Shown piece after piece: positions 59,924-64,000 of a stretch of DNA of 64,000 nucleotides. The notes below the pieces were generated by a model. The model ran no database searches and was not told the origin of the DNA. It was given only the letters and a program-made list of their open reading frames with translations. Origin of the DNA: an uncultured Chloroflexia bacterium (GTDB taxonomy: Bacteria; Chloroflexota; Limnocylindria; Limnocylindrales; CSP1-4); assembly GCA_963752475.1 (NCBI GenBank), contig CAVVYR010000007.1, forward strand, positions 512,001-576,000, read 5' to 3'. Numbering within the stretch: the stretch's first letter is position 1; every line of letters starts with the position of its first letter. The position numbers and the translations under genes are program-made.

Positions 59924-61270
59924 ATGAGCCGGGACTTCATCGGCGCGCTCCTGCAGCTCAACGCTGAGAAGGGCGTCCCCCGCGAGCAGCTCATCCGCAC
60001 GGTGGAAGACGCCATCCAGAGCGCCTATCGTCGTGTAGCGCCCGGGTACGAGGACGTCTACGTCAGCCTCGATGCCGAGAGCGGCGACATGCGCATCTAC
60101 CGCGCCCGCCTCGTCGTCTCGGAGATCGAGGACGAGACCATCGAGTGGACCATCGACCAGGCCCACGAGCATGATCCCAACGCGGTGCTCGGCGACCTGG
60201 TCGAGTACGAGCAACTGGAGCCTACGCATTTCGGTCGCGTCGGCGCGCAGGTCGCGGGCCAGGTCGTGCGTCAGCGCCTGCGTGAGGCGGAGCGCGAGAC
60301 GATCTTCGACGAGTTCGCCCATCGGGAGGGCGAGATCATCACCGGCTCGGTCGGTCGCGTGGAGCCCACAGGCGTGATCCTGGACCTGGGCAAGGCGGAG
60401 GCCATCCTGCGCACCACGGACCAGTCCGCGACCGAGCACTACCGCATCGGGCAGCACGTCAAGGCCTACGTGCTGGAGGTTCGCCGCACCACGCGCGGTC
60501 CGCTGATCTACGTCAGTCGCACCCACAAGAACTTCCTGCGCCGGCTCTTCGAGTTGGAGGTGCCGGAGATCCAGGCCGGCACGGTGGAGATCCGCGCCAT
60601 CGCCCGAGAGGCCGGCAGCCGCAGCAAGATGGCCGTGGCCAGCCGCCAGGACGGCCTCGACCCGGTCGGCGCCACCGTCGGCCAGCGTGGCGGTCGCGTG
60701 CAGGCCGTCGTGGCCGAGCTCGGCGGGGAGAAGATCGACGTCATCCCCTGGTCGGACGACCCGGACGTCTTCGTGGCCAACGCGCTCAGCCCGGCCCAGG
60801 TCGTGGCCGTGGAGATCGACGAAGAGGAGCGCATCGCCTCGGTGACCGTGCCCGAGCGCATGCTTTCGCTGGCCATCGGTCGTGAGGGGCAGAACGCGCG
60901 TCTGGCGGCCAAGCTGACCGGTTGGCGCATCGACATCCGCTCCGAGACGGGCACCGCACCCGAGGGTGAGGAGGACCTGCCGGCCACGGTGACGGTCGAG
61001 CCTGGCGAGCCAGAGGCCGAGGGCGCCGACGAGAGCGCGTCCGCAGCCGAGGCCGAGCCCGAAGCGCCCGCAGCCGAGGCCGAGCCCGAAGCGCCCGCAG
61101 CGGAGGGCGAGGCTGAGGCTCCGCAAGATGCTGACGCCGACACGTCTGTGACGCCGGCTGCGGAGGAGCAGAAGACAGACGAGGAGCCCGACGCGCCCAC
61201 GGCGGAGGCCGAGGCTGAGGCCCCGAAAGACGAGACCGCTGTCGACGAGTCGACGGAGGTGACCCAGTAG
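59924..61270 (+). CDS. nusA: Transcription termination/antitermination factor NusA with acidic tail
   Basis: FGRVGAQ, S1 and KH domains, AREAGSRSK, SLAIGREGQNARLAAKLTGWRIDI. Confidence 0.97.
   Translation: MSRDFIGALLQLNAEKGVPREQLIRTVEDAIQSAYRRVAPGYEDVYVSLDAESGDMRIYRARLVVSEIEDETIEWTIDQAHEHDPNAVLGDLVEYEQLEPTHFGRVGAQVAGQVVRQRLREAERETIFDEFAHREGEIITGSVGRVEPTGVILDLGKAEAILRTTDQSATEHYRIGQHVKAYVLEVRRTTRGPLIYVSRTHKNFLRRLFELEVPEIQAGTVEIRAIAREAGSRSKMAVASRQDGLDPVGATVGQRGGRVQAVVAELGGEKIDVIPWSDDPDVFVANALSPAQVVAVEIDEEERIASVTVPERMLSLAIGREGQNARLAAKLTGWRIDIRSETGTAPEGEEDLPATVTVEPGEPEAEGADESASAAEAEPEAPAAEAEPEAPAAEGEAEAPQDADADTSVTPAAEEQKTDEEPDAPTAEAEAEAPKDETAVDESTEVTQ
61041..61094 (+). repeat. 27-bp tandem repeat x2 in the NusA tail
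   Basis: CCGCAGCCGAGGCCGAGCCCGAAGCGC twice. Confidence 0.85.
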
Positions 61271-61278
61271 CGGGCCCG

Positions 61279-61611
61279 GTGGTCGCTAAGGCGCGACATG
61301 TTCCGGAGCGAACCTGTGTCGCCTGCCGAACGCGCCGAGACAAGGCCGCCCTGCTGCGCTTCGTGCGCACGCCCGATGGTTCGGTCACGACCGATCCCGC
61401 CGGGACGCTCGAGGGCCGCGGGGCCTACCTATGTGCCGATGGCTCCTGCTGGGAGTCCGCGCTGAAGCGCTCGGCGTTGCAGCGGGCACTGCGAACACGA
61501 CTACCAGAAGACATCAGGACACGACTGGAGCACGGCGACATGGCCGCCTTCGGCATCACTGCCGAACTCGGGGCTCCTGCAACGATCACAGGAGGCACCC
61601 ATGGCTCGTAG
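61279..61611 (+). CDS. ylxR: YlxR (DUF448) RNA-binding protein
   Basis: [21 protein letters not shown]. Confidence 0.9.
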   Translation: MVAKARHVPERTCVACRTRRDKAALLRFVRTPDGSVTTDPAGTLEGRGAYLCADGSCWESALKRSALQRALRTRLPEDIRTRLEHGDMAAFGITAELGAPATITGGTHGS

Positions 61612-63499
61612 CCGCAGCGGGACCCGCGGACGGCGGGGACCCCGAAAGCCGCGCAAGCGCAACGACAACGTCCAGTCCACGGTCCAGGTAGCGGATCCCG
61701 CGACCAGGGGTGCCGTAGAGATCCCGGAGTCGATCACCGTCAAGGAGCTTGCCGAGCTCATCGGCATCAACTCGGCTGACGTCATCCGCGAGCTCATCCG
61801 CAGCGGCATCTTCGCCACCATCAACCAGACCATCGACCGCGACACCGCCGCGCTCGTGACCGAGGAGCTCGGCTTCCAGGTCGCGGAGGGCGTGGCCGCC
61901 TCGTCGACCGATGAAGAGGCCGAGACGGAGAAGGCACCGGCGGCCAAGGACGAGGACGTCTTCGCCGAGGCCGAGGACGCAAAGCTCGAGGAGCGCGCCC
62001 CCATCGTCACCGTCATGGGCCACGTCGACCATGGCAAGACCAGCGTGCTGGACGCCATCCGCAAGACCACCGTCGCCGACGGCGAGCGTGGTGGCATCAC
62101 CCAGCACATCGGTGCCAGCGAGGCCGTGGTCAACGACCGCCGCATCGTCTTCCTCGACACCCCTGGTCACGAGGCCTTCACGGCCATGCGCGCCCGTGGT
62201 GCCAAGGTCACCGACATCGCGGTGCTGGTCGTCGCTGCCGACGACGGCATCATGCCCCAGACGGTGGAGGCCATCGACCACGCCAAGGCGGCGGGCGTGC
62301 CCATCGTCGTGGCGCTCAACAAGATGGACCTGCCTGATGGCAAGCCCGACCGTGTCAAGACCCAGCTCTCGGAGCGCGGCATCATCATCGAGGAATACGG
62401 CGGCGAGGTGCCGCTCGTGGCCGTCAGTGCCAAGACGGGCGAGGGCCTCGACGACCTGCTCGAGACCATCCTCCTGACCTCGGACGCCAACGTCGAGCCC
62501 AAGGCCGATCCCGACCGTTCGGCCATCGGCACCGTCGTGGAAGCCGAGCTCGACCGGGGCCGTGGCCCCGTGGCCACCATCCTCGTGCGCACCGGCACGC
62601 TCAAGCAGGGTGACGCGCTCGTGGTGGGCAACGCATTCGGCAAGGCCCGCGCCCTCGAGGACGGCACCGGAGCGCGCATCAAGTCGTCCGGCCCGTCATC
62701 CGCGGCGGTCGTCCTCGGTCTCTCGGAGGTGCCGGAGGCTGGCGACATCATGCGTGTCGTCGAGAGCGAGAAGAAGGCCCGCAGTATCGTCGAGGAGAGG
62801 AAGCTCGCGGCCGCGGCCACGTCCGAGGCCCAGGGTCACGCCACCCTCGAGGACCTCTACCGCCAGGTGCAGATGGGCCAGACCAAGGAGCTGCGCATCG
62901 TCCTCAAGTCGGACGTGCAGGGGTCGCTCGGCGCCGTGGTCCACGCACTCGAGCAGATCCAGAACGACGAGGTCCGCTTCAACGTCCTGCTCGAAGGCAC
63001 CGGCGACATCACCAACAACGACGTCAACCTCGCGGCCGCTTCGGATGCGGTGGTCGTCGGCTTCAACGTCAAGATCGGTGGAACGGCCAAGCAGATGGCC
63101 CAGGCCGAGGGCGTGGAGGTTCGGCTCTACGACATCATCTACAAGCTGACCGAGGACATGGAAGCGGCACTCGCGGGCATGCTCGAGCCGGAGATCGTAG
63201 AGACCGTCCAGGGTCGAGCCGAGGTCCGTCAGATCTTCCGCGTGGGCAAGTCCAAGCAGATCGCCGGTAGCTACGTGAACGAGGGGCGGATCGTCCGTGG
63301 CGGCGCACGCATCTACCGCGGTGGCGAACTCATCGCCACCGACAAGATCGACACCATCCGTCGCTTCAAGGACGACGTGCGAGAGGTCACCGCCAACCTC
63401 GAGTGCGGTATCGCACTCGCCGGCTTCCACGACTTCCAGGAGTTCGACGTCATCGAGTCGTTCACCACGGAGACCATCGCCCGGGCCGTCACGAGATAG
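61601..63499 (+). CDS. infB: Translation initiation factor IF-2 (short N-terminus)
   Basis: [35 protein letters not shown]. Confidence 0.98.
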   Translation: MARSRSGTRGRRGPRKPRKRNDNVQSTVQVADPATRGAVEIPESITVKELAELIGINSADVIRELIRSGIFATINQTIDRDTAALVTEELGFQVAEGVAASSTDEEAETEKAPAAKDEDVFAEAEDAKLEERAPIVTVMGHVDHGKTSVLDAIRKTTVADGERGGITQHIGASEAVVNDRRIVFLDTPGHEAFTAMRARGAKVTDIAVLVVAADDGIMPQTVEAIDHAKAAGVPIVVALNKMDLPDGKPDRVKTQLSERGIIIEEYGGEVPLVAVSAKTGEGLDDLLETILLTSDANVEPKADPDRSAIGTVVEAELDRGRGPVATILVRTGTLKQGDALVVGNAFGKARALEDGTGARIKSSGPSSAAVVLGLSEVPEAGDIMRVVESEKKARSIVEERKLAAAATSEAQGHATLEDLYRQVQMGQTKELRIVLKSDVQGSLGAVVHALEQIQNDEVRFNVLLEGTGDITNNDVNLAAASDAVVVGFNVKIGGTAKQMAQAEGVEVRLYDIIYKLTEDMEAALAGMLEPEIVETVQGRAEVRQIFRVGKSKQIAGSYVNEGRIVRGGARIYRGGELIATDKIDTIRRFKDDVREVTANLECGIALAGFHDFQEFDVIESFTTETIARAVTR

Positions 63500-63503
63500 G
63501 CGG

Positions 63504-64000
63504 GTGAGCGAGCGCACTCGGCGCGTCGACCATCTCCTGCAGGAAGAGATCAGCGCCGTCATCCAACGCGAGGTGCACGATCCCCGCGTGGGCTTCGTGA
63601 CCATCACCAGCGTGGAGACCACGCCCGATCTGCAGCACGCCATGGTCTACGCCTCGGTCATCGGCGACGAGGCGCAGCGCAAGGCCACGATGGAGGCGCT
63701 CGGGCGGGCCATGCCCTTCGTTCGCCACAGCCTGGGCAAGCTGCGCCTGAAGCGCATCCCGCAGCTCCACCTACGTGAGGACGACAGCGCCCAGCGAAGC
63801 ACGCGCGTGATGCAGCTGCTCGACCAGGTCGAGGCCGAGCTGGAGGGCACCGCCGAGCATGTTGACGAGCCGGTGGCGGAGGTGCCAGAGCTGCCCACCC
63901 CGTCGACGCTCAACGAGACCACTGACCCTGAGGCGGCCGACGAGACGCTGCCGGCCGGCTATCGCCGCCGGGTGGACCGGGTGTCTTTGCGCAAAGCCAG
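63504..64000 (+). CDS. rbfA: Ribosome-binding factor A (partial, runs off the window)
   Basis: Manual translation from GTG 63504: MSERTRRVDHLLQEEISAVIQREVHDPRVGFVTITSVETTPDLQHA; follows infB. Confidence 0.93.
   Translation, partial: MSERTRRVDHLLQEEISAVIQREVHDPRVGFVTITSVETTPDLQHAMVYASVIGDEAQRKATMEALGRAMPFVRHSLGKLRLKRIPQLHLREDDSAQRSTRVMQLLDQVEAELEGTAEHVDEPVAEVPELPTPSTLNETTDPEAADETLPAGYRRRVDRVSLRKA

Noticed and set aside
1-64000. tRNA or rRNA genes
   Set aside because: No cloverleaf with a T-loop motif and no rRNA-like segment noticed in the intergenic gaps; a covariance search was not possible

Overview
High-GC window that is about 85% core housekeeping DNA, almost all on the + strand: rpsF-ssb-rpsR, ilvE, ileS-lspA-rluD-gmk-priA-def-fmt-rlmN-rpe-dtd, rpmB, DAK2-recG-rsmD-coaD, yceD-rpmF-plsX-nusB-acpP-rnc-smc-ftsY-ffh, rpsP-khpA-rimM-trmD-rplS-rnhB-yraN, rpsB-tsf-pyrH-frr-uppS-cdsA-dxr-rseP-ispG-proS, nusA-ylxR-infB-rbfA (partial). 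Gene order, short EF-Ts, archaeal-type ProRS and type-2 IleRS suggest a Chloroflexota genome, possibly Limnocylindria-like (inference, not a database result). The first ~8.6 kb is accessory: a ~0.9 kb direct duplication, uncharacterised secreted proteins, and a TetR-controlled MFS pump beside an Eis-type acetyltransferase. I found no rRNA, tRNA, transposase, integrase or true CRISPR array, and no clear new multi-gene system. The best leads are (i) four unrelated 95-205 nt imperfect intergenic palindromes, one with 6S-RNA-like geometry between ftsY and ffh; (ii) an IleRS2 with the swapped GVHH motif linked to mupirocin hyper-resistance; (iii) an RNase HII with an HIII-like DEVGTG motif; (iv) two sulfotransferase-fold genes inside core operons; (v) many apparently leaderless genes and a probable ATA start codon; (vi) two unnamed secreted-domain families. 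Single-base +1 frameshifts in priA (x4), fmt and recG are most likely sequencing errors. All alignments and folds were done by eye.
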